Positions 49,978 to 59,224 of a stretch of 64,000 nt of DNA are shown here, in pieces. Source of the stretch: Candidatus Poribacteria bacterium (GTDB taxonomy: Bacteria > Poribacteria > WGA-4E > GCA-2687025); NCBI GenBank assembly GCA_963665845.2, contig OY762492.1, positions 3,680,001 to 3,744,000 of the forward strand, given 5' to 3'. A program made the position numbers and the translations under genes. Under the pieces are notes generated by a model. That model saw only the letters and a list, made by a program, of their open reading frames with translations, was not told the DNA's origin and made no database searches. How positions within the stretch are numbered: position 1 is the stretch's first letter; each line of letters starts with the position of its first letter.

Positions 49978-51888
49978 ATGCCAAACGGACGCGATCGGTT
50001 CCTATTCGACGAGGCGGCGCTCGCTCAAATCGAGAACATACGCCGCATCGGGCTGCGCAGGCTGCGCAACAAGAACGAGATCGACGATTTTGTTCAAGAA
50101 ACGCTGCTGCGCGCGTTCTCAAAACGGAGCCAACTGCGCGACGAGGCAAAGTTTGAGGCATGGATCGCCGCCATCGCCCGCAATCTCGCGCGTGAATGGA
50201 ACCGCGCCTACTACCGCAGAAAACGCGCCGAGGCGGACAGCGCGGCAGAAGCGGTCGACTCCAGAAACCCGCAGGACGCCCTTGAAAAGGCGGAGGAGCG
50301 GGAGCTTCTGAAACAGGCGGTGGCGCGCCTGAACGAGAGCGACCGCGAGATTCTGCGCGCCCGCTATGTGGACGACGCGTCTTACGCCGAGCTGCAGGAG
50401 CGTTACGGCTTGTCCTATTCGGCGGTCGGGCTGCGCCTTCACCGCGCAAAAAAACGGCTGCGCAAGATCTACCTGTCGATAGCCGCCGCGCTCTCCCTTT
50501 TCTTTGGAAGTTTCAAACATACGGCATGGGGAGGGGTGTTACTCATGAAAAAAACTGCAGCGATCGCTGTCGCGTCCGGCATTCTTGTTGGCGCTCTAGG
50601 CGCTGGTTTCTTTTGCAGGGGAGACGGAGGCGCCTTTTGGACGCAGAAAGAAGGCGGCGCCGCTTTGGAGAACTCTGACAAAACCGCATCGGCAGATTCA
50701 ACCTTGACAGCGCAAACGACCGACAATCAAGAAGCTCTGAACGGGTCAAGCTCTTCAGAGTCGTCCGATTCAAAGCCTGAACATTCAGAAAGGAACCGTG
50801 AAATGTCTGACCATGATACGCCTGCCGAAGAAGGCGGCGCAGAAGACGAAATCGACCCGCGCATTGACCATTACTGGACAGCGCCCGACGGACACCGCTA
50901 TGCGGTGCTTCGGCCAGAGCCGCTTGTCCCTGATGAAAGCGATCCAGAGATCTACCGCGCGTTTTGGGCGGACGCGGCAGAAGAGCTGAAAGATTACGAG
51001 CTGACATGGGACAAAAGCCGCGACCATTCCTCCGCGCTGGAAACGCTTCGCGCTCTCGCCGAGAAGCATGGAAACGGCGACGCCGACTGGACAGAATTTC
51101 TTTACCTTGAGTCATCGGAACATCTGGGCATGGCGCACGATCGAGGTCTTGATCCGTACGTGACTCAGCTTGAATTGAAAAGCAAGCTTGTGGGGTTGGA
51201 CAGCAGAGAATCGGCGCAGCTAACGCATTATCATCTTCAAGAAAAGTACAACGGCGAGGATGCCGAGGCCGCCTATAATATGCGGAAACCAATATCTGAT
51301 CTCTTTAACTGGATGGAAAAAACAATTCCTTCCGAAAAAGAGTCGTTTGTTGAAACGTACCGCAGCGCCTGGGAAGAGCTTCGAGTGGAGCGGAAGTTCC
51401 CCTATGCGATTTCCGAATCGCTTACTCATGAGAACTACCCGACCGTTGAGGAGCGGGTCAATGTCGCATACACCGCCTTCTTCGAGGCGCTCTCACAATT
51501 GCCGAGCGATTCGAGAGTTTTCACGGAATACTTTAACGAGTCTTTCGTTCCGCCCGCGCCCGACGCTGCCGCCCCGTCTACGCCAAAGACGGCAGAGGCG
51601 CCAGCCCCGGCGGAGGCGCCGCCCCATCCAACGCGGCATGAAAAGGAAACTCCTGATAAGCAAACGCTGCCTTCTTCGCCGGACGCCCCGCCCCCGTCCG
51701 TTTCGCCTGAAGAGGTTGCGGCGTTTGAGGCGGCTGTCCGTGATTCCATCCGGCGCCACGGACATCAAGAGGGTCTGCGCCGTTTGATCGCGTCCAATCC
51801 AGAATGGGTGGAGCGGATCATGCGGCTGCAGGAGGCGCGGAGGCAAGGAGAAACGCCGCCGCCCCCTTCAGAAGAATCGCAGCCGTAA
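49978..51888 (+). CDS. ECF sigma factor fused to a TM segment and a large C-terminal domain
   Basis: Region 2 DDFVQETLLRAF..FEAWIAAIARN, region 4 SYAELQERYGLSYSAVGLRLHRAKKRL, then hydrophobic helices and about 420 further aa. Confidence 0.88.
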   Translation: MPNGRDRFLFDEAALAQIENIRRIGLRRLRNKNEIDDFVQETLLRAFSKRSQLRDEAKFEAWIAAIARNLAREWNRAYYRRKRAEADSAAEAVDSRNPQDALEKAEERELLKQAVARLNESDREILRARYVDDASYAELQERYGLSYSAVGLRLHRAKKRLRKIYLSIAAALSLFFGSFKHTAWGGVLLMKKTAAIAVASGILVGALGAGFFCRGDGGAFWTQKEGGAALENSDKTASADSTLTAQTTDNQEALNGSSSSESSDSKPEHSERNREMSDHDTPAEEGGAEDEIDPRIDHYWTAPDGHRYAVLRPEPLVPDESDPEIYRAFWADAAEELKDYELTWDKSRDHSSALETLRALAEKHGNGDADWTEFLYLESSEHLGMAHDRGLDPYVTQLELKSKLVGLDSRESAQLTHYHLQEKYNGEDAEAAYNMRKPISDLFNWMEKTIPSEKESFVETYRSAWEELRVERKFPYAISESLTHENYPTVEERVNVAYTAFFEALSQLPSDSRVFTEYFNESFVPPAPDAAAPSTPKTAEAPAPAEAPPHPTRHEKETPDKQTLPSSPDAPPPSVSPEEVAAFEAAVRDSIRRHGHQEGLRRLIASNPEWVERIMRLQEARRQGETPPPPSEESQP

Positions 51889-52044
51889 GCATTTGCGCAG
51901 CGGATGAATGGACGGTATGCTCAACGATAAGCGGCGTTGAGCGCATGGAATAAAACCGCCGCCCACGATCCGGCATTGCTTGACGCCGTTCGACAGCGGC
52001 GCTAACATGGTTGGACGCGAAAGAGTGTCTCGGAAGGAAAAGCG

Positions 52045-52855
52045 ATGAAAAAATCGACAAAGGCTTACGTTCCTGACGCCGATGAGCCGCTTGCGTACCG
52101 CCTCTTTTGGCAGGAGGTCAGGGAGCGGCTGACCGGGGAGGAGACGCAAGGCGACCCCGAAGGCGCCAAGGAAACGCTGCGCGCCATCGCCGAAAAGCAT
52201 GCGGACGGCAACGCGGACGCGGAAACCTACTTTTTTCTGGATGCCGAGTGGATGGTGAAGGAAAAGTCCCGCCGCTTTATTTCAAGCGATAAATATCGAC
52301 TGTGGCTTGAAGCAAAGAAAAACCTATACGGTTTGGACAAGTGGGAAAACGCCGATCTGGTCGACATCTATTTGTCAGACCAGTATGCCGAGCGACACGG
52401 AAAAGATCGAACTCTATACAAAGCCGCTGGACGACTGGATCCGTTGGATACGAGAAAACGCCCCTTCCGAATGGGATGTCGTTTGGGAGGCGTACGAGGA
52501 CAATCAGTGGAAGTTCCTGAACGCGGAGCCTGGGGCGGTGGACGGTCCATCCCATCTCACCCATGATAATTTTCCAACGGTTGAACAGCGGGCGCGCGCC
52601 TACTATGCCGCTTTCTTTGAGGCGGCTGCGCTGCTGCCGGACGACGCCGCTGCGTTCACGGTTTATTTCGGCTCCGCTTCGCCTCCTCCAGACGAAGATG
52701 CCGCCGTTGAAGCCGCATTTGAGCAGGCGGTACAAGATTCGATACGGTCGCACGGTCCTGAAGAAGGGCTGCGCCGCTTGATCATGTCAGATATGGACTG
52801 GATCGAACGGATTGGACGTTTGCAAGAGCGCCGGCAAAGCGCGCCTCCGGACTGA
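52045..52855 (+). pseudogene. Frameshifted paralog of the ECF C-terminal domain
   Basis: ORFs 52045-52566 and 52307-52855 align consecutively to the ECF C-terminal domain (ETLRA.AEKH, LTH.N.PTVE.R, AFE.AV.DSIR.HG..EGLRRLI); shift near 52390. Confidence 0.75.
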
Positions 52856-52893
52856 AACTGCAAGAGGAGTGGCGATCCTCTGCAGAAAGAATC

Positions 52894-53090
52894 CTGACCT
52901 TACGCCTTTTAGTTGGGACATTCTGCTTGGCGAATGCGGACGTCTTCTGTGGCGCCTCTGGATTCCCGCTTACGCGGGAATGACGGCCTGGCCGGCGCCG
53001 CATCCGATTCCCCCCTTGAAAAGGGGGGCTAGGGGGGTTTAAAGAGCGGGCGCGGCGGCTGCGATGCCTTAAGATTCCCGCTTGCGCAGA
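52894..53090. repeat. Composite repeat cluster
   Basis: MITE-A arm, ATTCCCGCTTACGCGGGAAT, CCCCCCTTGAAAAGGGGGG hairpin. Confidence 0.75.
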
Positions 53091-53100
53091 AAGAATCTCC

Positions 53101-53129
53101 TTGACTTTGATCCAAGCCCGGGTTACGAT
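53101..53129 (+). promoter_or_regulatory. Putative sigma70 promoter of rplM-rpsI
   Basis: TTGACT-17 bp-TACGAT. Confidence 0.55.
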
Positions 53130-53182
53130 AATTCTTGCCGTTAAGAACGCGGCGGACGAACACTTAGAAACGGGCATTCTCG

Positions 53183-53659
53183 ATGTTGAACGATCGTTTT
53201 GCGATGAAGGACGGAACGCACAGAAGAGAGCGGAGCTACGTCAGCCCGCCCCAAGAGGAGCGTCAATGGGCGGTCGTGGACGCGTCCAATCAGATACTTG
53301 GGCGGCTCGCCTCGCAGGTGGCGGCGATGATACGCGGCAAGCATAAGCCCAATTTCACCCCGCATATCGACACGGGCGACAATGTGATTGTGATCAACGC
53401 CGCGCATATCCGCGTCACGGGGCGCCGCCTTGACCAAAAAATTTACTACCGCCATACGGGCTATATCGGCGGTCTCAAAAGCGAAAAGCTGCGCGATTTG
53501 ATGGAGCGGGACCCCGCGGAGGTTGTCCGCCGCGCCGTGAACGGAATGCTGCCGCATACGCGGTTGGGGCGCGTTTTGCGAAAGCGGCTGCGCGTCTATA
53601 GCGGTCCTGACCATCCGCATGAAGCGCAAAAGCCGACCGAAGTAAAACTGCATTATTGA
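53183..53659 (+). CDS. rplM: 50S ribosomal protein L13
   Basis: [47 protein letters not shown]; start may be 53204. Confidence 0.97.
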   Translation: MLNDRFAMKDGTHRRERSYVSPPQEERQWAVVDASNQILGRLASQVAAMIRGKHKPNFTPHIDTGDNVIVINAAHIRVTGRRLDQKIYYRHTGYIGGLKSEKLRDLMERDPAEVVRRAVNGMLPHTRLGRVLRKRLRVYSGPDHPHEAQKPTEVKLHY

Positions 53660-53686
53660 TCGAAGCTGACGAAGAAGGAGCCGAGC

Positions 53687-54076
53687 ATGGCTGATTATGT
53701 TTGGGGAACGGGGAGACGGAAAACGTCGGTCGCCCGCGTCCGCATCGCGCCGTCCGGGAGCGGTCAATTTACGGTGAACGGGCGCGAGCTGGATGTCTAT
53801 TTCAACCGAGCCGCCCACAGCGCTGTCGCCAGAGAGCCGATTCAAGCCGTCGAAACGGAAGGCATGGATGTGTTTGTGAATGTCAAAGGCGGCGGACAAA
53901 CGGGGCAGGCGGGCGCCATACGGCACGGCTTGTCGCGCGCCCTTGTGAAACACAACGAGTCGTTTAGACCGGCGCTCAAGCAGCGCGGTTTTTTGACGCG
54001 CGACGCCCGCATGGTTGAACGTAAAAAGCCGGGGCAGCCAGGGGCGCGCAAGCGGTTCCAATTCTCAAAACGTTAA
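53687..54076 (+). CDS. rpsI: 30S ribosomal protein S9
   Basis: [50 protein letters not shown]. Confidence 0.98.
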   Translation: MADYVWGTGRRKTSVARVRIAPSGSGQFTVNGRELDVYFNRAAHSAVAREPIQAVETEGMDVFVNVKGGGQTGQAGAIRHGLSRALVKHNESFRPALKQRGFLTRDARMVERKKPGQPGARKRFQFSKR

Positions 54077-54116
54077 GTCAAGCCGAATCTCCGCTGAAAG
54101 GTCGGGAGGAAGCAGC

Positions 54117-55382
54117 ATGTTACTCAAAGGCAACACGTTTGTGGCGGGCAGCCAGTGGGGCGATGAAAGCAAGGGCAAAATCGCCGACTGCCTCGCCGCC
54201 GAAGCCGACATCGTCGCGCGCGCGCAGGGCGGACCGAACGCCGGACATACGGTCTGGATCGGCAAGGACAAGTATGTGTTCCATCTGCTTCCCTGCGGCA
54301 TTCTCCATGACCATTGCGTCAACATCGTCGGCAACGGCGCTGTCATCGGCGTCGAAGGGATCATCCATGAGATCAAGAGCCTGAAGGAACGGGGCTGGCG
54401 CGTTGACGGACAGAACCTGCTCATCAGCGACCGGGCGCATCTGATCCTGCCCCGCCATCTCGCCGCCGACAACGCCAACGAAGATTCTGAAGGCAACAAG
54501 CTCGGCACGACGCGCCGCGGCGTCGGTCCGGCGTATTCCGACAAAGCCGCCCGAATCTTCGCCATTCGCATGGGCGACCTGATGGAGTTTGACCTGTTCC
54601 GTGAAAAATACGCGCGCGTTTGCGCCGTGTCAGGCATATCCGAAGAGCAGATGAACGCAGAGCTAAACGCATACGCCGACTATGCCGAGTTTCTGCGCCC
54701 GCATGTAACGGACACAACCGCCGTTCTTCATGAGGCGCTGGACGCGGGCAAGCGCATCGTTTTTGAAGGCGCGCAAGGGGCTTTGCTGGACATCGACTTC
54801 GGCACCTACCCGTATGTAACCTCCTCCAGCACGACAGCGGGGGGCGTTTGCGCCGGTCTCGGAATTCCGCCCAGCGCGGTTCAAGAAACGCTCGCGGTCG
54901 TCAAAGCGTATACGACGCGGGTCGGCCTCGGCCCATTTCCCAGCGAGATGGACGACGCGTTCGGCGCGAAGGTGCGCGAGGCGGGCGACGAATACGGCGC
55001 CACCACCGGACGCCCGCGCCGCTGCGGATGGCTCGACATGGTCGGCTTGCGCTACTCAAGCCGCATCAACGGGTTCACGCAGCTGGCGGTCTCTAAAATG
55101 GATGTGCTGGACGGGCTTGAAACGCTGCGCATCTGCGTCGGCTATCGGCGCAGCGGCGAGGCGGTCAACCGCTTCCCCGCGCAACTTTCGGTTTTAGAAG
55201 AATGCGAACCTGTTTATGAAGAGATGCCCGGCTGGTCGGAGGACACCTCCGTCGTCCGGGAGTATGATCAGTTGCCGGCAAACGCGCGCGCCTACCTGGA
55301 GCGGATTGAGGCGCTTTTGGACACGCCCATAACATTCGTCTCGGTCGGCAAGGAACGTTCGGCGACGATGACGCGCATATGA
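54117..55382 (+). CDS. purA: Adenylosuccinate synthetase
   Basis: QWGDESKGK, GGPNAGHT, FEGAQG.LLDIDFGTYPYVTSS, EYGATTGRPRRCGWLD. Confidence 0.97.
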   Translation: MLLKGNTFVAGSQWGDESKGKIADCLAAEADIVARAQGGPNAGHTVWIGKDKYVFHLLPCGILHDHCVNIVGNGAVIGVEGIIHEIKSLKERGWRVDGQNLLISDRAHLILPRHLAADNANEDSEGNKLGTTRRGVGPAYSDKAARIFAIRMGDLMEFDLFREKYARVCAVSGISEEQMNAELNAYADYAEFLRPHVTDTTAVLHEALDAGKRIVFEGAQGALLDIDFGTYPYVTSSSTTAGGVCAGLGIPPSAVQETLAVVKAYTTRVGLGPFPSEMDDAFGAKVREAGDEYGATTGRPRRCGWLDMVGLRYSSRINGFTQLAVSKMDVLDGLETLRICVGYRRSGEAVNRFPAQLSVLEECEPVYEEMPGWSEDTSVVREYDQLPANARAYLERIEALLDTPITFVSVGKERSATMTRI

Positions 55383-55455
55383 CCCGCTAGCTCAGTGGGA
55401 GAGCAACGGACTTTTAATCCGTAGGTCCTGGGTTCGAGTCCCAGGCGGGTCACCA
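55381..55455 (+). tRNA. tRNA-Lys (anticodon UUU)
   Basis: Acceptor stem GACCCGC/GCGGGTC, D arm GCTC/GAGC, anticodon arm ACGGA-CTTTTAA-TCCGT, T arm CTGGG-TTCGAGT-CCCAG, encoded CCA. Confidence 0.96.
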
Positions 55456-55482
55456 ACCCCCTCGCCGATACAGAAAGCGAAC

Positions 55483-55848
55483 ATGAAAGCGGCTCCAGTT
55501 TCCGTACTGCTCGCGCTCAACATTGTCTTGACCATCGCCGCGCAGTCGATGCTTCGCGCCGGCATGAAACATATCCAGATGGGCGACAACGCGCTGCGCT
55601 TTATCTGGCGCGCCGCGACGAACGGCATGGTGATCGGGGGGATCGTTACGTTCGGCGTCTCGCTGCTGCTCTGGCTCGCGCTGCTGTCGAAGATGAAACT
55701 AAGCGTCCTTTACCCGATGCAGCAGGGGCTGGTGTTCATCGGCATTCAGATTGTGGCATGGAAATTTCTCGGCGAAGGCGCGTCGCTGGCGCGGTGGGCG
55801 GGCGTCGCGGTGATCTGCCTCGGCGTTTATCTCGTTTCTAGAGGTTAA
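55483..55848 (+). CDS. EamA/SMR (DMT superfamily) small membrane transporter
   Basis: Four TM helices; WLALLSKMKLSVLYP, FLGEG..WAGVAVICLGV. Confidence 0.8.
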   Translation: MKAAPVSVLLALNIVLTIAAQSMLRAGMKHIQMGDNALRFIWRAATNGMVIGGIVTFGVSLLLWLALLSKMKLSVLYPMQQGLVFIGIQIVAWKFLGEGASLARWAGVAVICLGVYLVSRG

Positions 55849-55851
55849 CTG

Positions 55852-56150
55852 ATATTCATGGGAAAAAAAGCGCCGCCAACAAGATCGTTCTCCGCTTCCG
55901 CGAGGACATGCATTCCCGCGCCCCTCCTCGTCATTCCCGCGCAAGCGGGAATCTTAGCCGCCGCGGGAGCTGTCCGCCCCCGCGGAAACCCCCCCTGCCC
56001 CCCTTTTCAAGGGGGGAGTCTAGAGACCCGCACCCTTATAGTCTGCCCCGTGAAAACGGGGTCATTCCCGCGTAAGCGGGAATCCAGAGGCAGCGCAGAA
56101 GACGTCGGCGTTCGCCAGACGGAATGTTCCAACTAAAGACGTAAGGTCAG
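55852..56150. repeat. Expanded MITE-A-type composite cluster
   Basis: TATTCATGGGAAAAA start, two full palindromes, ends AACTAAAGACGTAAGGTCAG. Confidence 0.75.
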
Positions 56151-56153
56151 AAG

Positions 56154-57416
56154 ATGCGCGTTGAACAGTTTTTTGTTTTGGTTAAAAAGAACGACGCCGA
56201 CGCGGTCCGCGCCGCCCTGGATTCCGACCCGTCCCTGTTAGAAGCGTTGGACGGCGATCATCAGCCGATTCATGAGGCGGCGCTGCGCGGGAACGCCGCC
56301 GTCTTGAACGCGCTCATCGAATGCGGAGCCGACATTAACCGAGAAAACGGCTGGGGATGGACGCCGATCGTCTTAGCCGCCTACCATAACCGCCTCGAAG
56401 CGGTACGGCGACTCATCGCGGCGGGGGCGAAGGTCGGCGAAGACGGCGGGAATCCGATACATTACGCTGGTCAAAATCGGCATCAAGAGATATGCCGCCT
56501 TTTGGTTGAACATGGCGCCGTCGATTCGCTTGTCCCCGACGGCGATCCTGACGCGCTGTCAGTTTTCCGCGCCGCTTACGCTTACGACGCCTCAACCCTT
56601 CAGCGACTCTTAAAACGGCGTCCTGATTTGGCGAACGCGCGCGACCGTTACGACCGTACCCCCATGCATGAAGCGGCGACAGGCGGCGCATTGGAGGTTG
56701 TCAAAACGCTCATCGCGGCGGGCGGCGATGTGAACGCCGAGGATGAAGACGGCGAAACGCCCCTGACGCGCGCCGCGGCGCATCGTCAAGAGGAGGTTGT
56801 GGAAACGCTCATCGCCGCCGGCGCGCGCGTCGACCTGTTCTCCGCTGTCCAGTTCAACATACTGGAGGAGGCGCGGCGGCTGCTTGAAGAAAAACCAGAC
56901 CTAGCCCGCGCTGAGCATAACGGACATGCGCTGACCGAATGGGCGGCTGAAGCGGGGTATGTGGAGATGGGGCGGCTGTTGGCGGAATTCGGCGCGGAGA
57001 TCGACATCCATGCAGCCGCCAGCTTTGGATTGACGGAACGCGCCGCGCAGCTTCTGGACGACAACCCTGACCTTGTACATGCGCAGCGCGCGATGGGCGA
57101 ATACGCGCCTCTCCATGCCGCCGCCGAATGCGGACACGCAGAAACGGCCGCGCTGCTCATCCAACGCGGAGCCGACCTGAATCAGAAAAACGGCTGGGGA
57201 TTTCGACCGCTGCATCTGAGCGTTCTGGCGGCGCGGGGGCATGCCCCGACCGAAGCGCATCTGCGTATCACACGCGCGCTGATCGAGAACGGCGCCGATC
57301 TGGAACCTGAAGACGACTACGGACGAACGCCGCTCTCGCTGGCGGAGGGACACTGGACGAAGGGGGAGATCGAACACGCGCTCATCGATCTGCTCCGAAC
57401 TGCTATAGACGCTTAG
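56154..57416 (+). CDS. Ankyrin repeat protein
   Basis: Multiple TPL/PIH.AA..G...V..LI..GAD.N repeats. Confidence 0.93.
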   Translation: MRVEQFFVLVKKNDADAVRAALDSDPSLLEALDGDHQPIHEAALRGNAAVLNALIECGADINRENGWGWTPIVLAAYHNRLEAVRRLIAAGAKVGEDGGNPIHYAGQNRHQEICRLLVEHGAVDSLVPDGDPDALSVFRAAYAYDASTLQRLLKRRPDLANARDRYDRTPMHEAATGGALEVVKTLIAAGGDVNAEDEDGETPLTRAAAHRQEEVVETLIAAGARVDLFSAVQFNILEEARRLLEEKPDLARAEHNGHALTEWAAEAGYVEMGRLLAEFGAEIDIHAAASFGLTERAAQLLDDNPDLVHAQRAMGEYAPLHAAAECGHAETAALLIQRGADLNQKNGWGFRPLHLSVLAARGHAPTEAHLRITRALIENGADLEPEDDYGRTPLSLAEGHWTKGEIEHALIDLLRTAIDA

Positions 57417-57426
57417 AGGCGGCGCG

Positions 57427-58380
57427 ATGAACATTCAGAACAGCGTTTTAGAGGCGGTCGGCGCAACGCCGCTCATTGCCCTTGACCGCATACGCCCAAA
57501 AAACGGCGCGCGCATCCTCTTGAAACTGGAGCTGATGAACCCAGGCGCCAGCATGAAAGACCGCATCGCTCTCCAGATCATCGAAGACGCGGAGGCGGCT
57601 GGGCGTCTGAAACCGGGCGGCGACGTCGTGGAGCTGACCAGCGGCAATACCGGCATCGGTTTGGCGATGGCGTGCGCCGTGAAGGGGTATCGGATGACGG
57701 CGGTCATGTCGGAGGGCAACTCGGTGGAGCGGCGGAGCGTTCTGTCGGCGCTGGGCGCGCGCGTGGAGCTGGTTGCGCAGGCGGGCGGGTCGGCGCCTGG
57801 ACAGGTTTCTAAAGAGGATCTGGAGCTGGTGGAAGAACGGACGCGGGAGCTGGCGCGCGAACTGGGCGCCTTCCGCCCTGACCAGTTCAACAATGAGAGC
57901 AACCCGCGGGCGCATGAGCTTGGAACGGGGCGCGAAATCTGGGAGCAGACGGGCGGACAGGTGGACGCCTTTACAGCGGCGGTCGGCACGGGAGGGACGT
58001 TCGTCGGCGCGGCGCGCGCGTTGAAATCGCGCAATCCGCGCGTGAAATGTTACGCGGTGGAGCCGACGGGCGCGCCGTATCTGGCGGGCGGGGAGATAAC
58101 GAACACGCGCCATCAGATACAGGGCGCCGGGTACGCCGTGACGCCCGGTTTCTGGGATGAGTCGATGGCGGACGGGTATCTCGCCGTTTCGGACAATGAG
58201 GCGGCGGAGGCGGCGCGCCGCTTGGCGCGTCGGGAGGGCGTCCTGGCGGGCTATTCAACAGGGGCGAACGTCGCCGCGGCGGAACGGCTCGCGCGTTCGA
58301 TGCCGCCGAGCGCCGTTGTCGTTACGGTCGCATGCGATTCAGGGATGCGGTATTTGAGCGAGAACCTTTACCGTCTCTGA
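57427..58380 (+). CDS. Cysteine synthase family PLP-dependent enzyme
   Basis: KLELMNPGASMKDRIA, TSGNTGIGLA, VGTGGT, HQIQGAG, DSGMRYLS. Confidence 0.92.
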   Translation: MNIQNSVLEAVGATPLIALDRIRPKNGARILLKLELMNPGASMKDRIALQIIEDAEAAGRLKPGGDVVELTSGNTGIGLAMACAVKGYRMTAVMSEGNSVERRSVLSALGARVELVAQAGGSAPGQVSKEDLELVEERTRELARELGAFRPDQFNNESNPRAHELGTGREIWEQTGGQVDAFTAAVGTGGTFVGAARALKSRNPRVKCYAVEPTGAPYLAGGEITNTRHQIQGAGYAVTPGFWDESMADGYLAVSDNEAAEAARRLARREGVLAGYSTGANVAAAERLARSMPPSAVVVTVACDSGMRYLSENLYRL

Positions 58381-58400
58381 CCTTCGCGGTGAAGCATGCC

Positions 58401-58763
58401 TTATGCAGAATCTGCTGCATCGTTCGCACGATCGCTTGCAGCATTTAGCGCATTCTTCTTATTATCCAGTATCTTTGCTAATTCCACATTCGAATCTATA
58501 AGTTTTGTATAAAATTCAGTATTCGATTTCTTTATATCCGCATAAAGCTTATTATTCGATTCATGCATATCTGCATAAAGCTTATTATTCGATTCGTTCA
58601 TATCTGTGTAAACTTTATTATTCGATTTGTTTATATCTGCATAAATTTCTGCCATTCGCTCACGAGTTTTGAGAGTTTCTCTAACTAGCCATATAAGTAA
58701 TATAAGAATGGCGATCTCAGGACTTTTTTCGATTACGGCAGGCAACAATGTTGAGAGATTCAT
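58401..58763 (-). CDS. Low-GC membrane-anchored protein with 11-residue repeats
   Basis: N-terminal TM (IAILILLIWLV), then YADINKSNNKV/YTDMNESNNKL/YADMHESNNKL/YADIKKSNTEF (33-bp units); GGAG upstream. Confidence 0.7.
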   Translation of the reverse strand: MNLSTLLPAVIEKSPEIAILILLIWLVRETLKTRERMAEIYADINKSNNKVYTDMNESNNKLYADMHESNNKLYADIKKSNTEFYTKLIDSNVELAKILDNKKNALNAASDRANDAADSA

Positions 58764-58837
58764 GATGCTCCATTCAAAATGACCAACTACTCATGTGTGA
58801 AACGGATAGACAAGCATGGGGGTTTCAATTTTCCATT

Positions 58838-59053
58838 TCAAAGAACGCCTTGCTTCTTCAGCTCCGCTAGCATAAATGCCTGCGAGCGGTCCCCTTTCAG
58901 GCTGTTGCATGCGACGCACAACAGTTGCAGGTTCTTCTCATGGTCAGAACCGCCTCTGCTGCGCGGAACGATATGGTCTATCGTAAAGTTGCAGAACGGA
59001 AACATCGCGCGGCAACCGGCGCAAGGCCCCTCCTGTTTGCCGAGAAACAGATA
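58838..59053 (-). pseudogene. 5'-truncated HNH endonuclease domain (probable remnant of an MTase-HNH gene)
   Basis: CAGC..IDHIVPRSRGGSDH..NLQLLCVACNSLKG, homologous to the C-terminus of 59225-60733; the apparent start lies inside a repeat. Confidence 0.75.
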
Positions 59054-59139
59054 CTCCCGCACAAACGGGAATCCAGAGGCGGCGCAGAAACGGTCCGCGT
59101 TCGCCCTCCGGCATGTCCCAACTTAAGACGCAAGATCAG
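59054..59139. repeat. MITE-A arm beginning at a truncated palindrome
   Basis: CTCCCGCACAAACGGGAATCCAGAGGC..CATGTCCCAACTTAAGACGCAAGATCAG; the usual GTCATT left part is missing. Confidence 0.8.
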
Positions 59140-59224
59140 TTGCTGACGGCTTCGCTTGCGCAATTCCGGGCATTCATGTAATGTGGAGGCGTCAGGGTCT
59201 GCTGCGCTTTCTCCAGGAGGGTAG

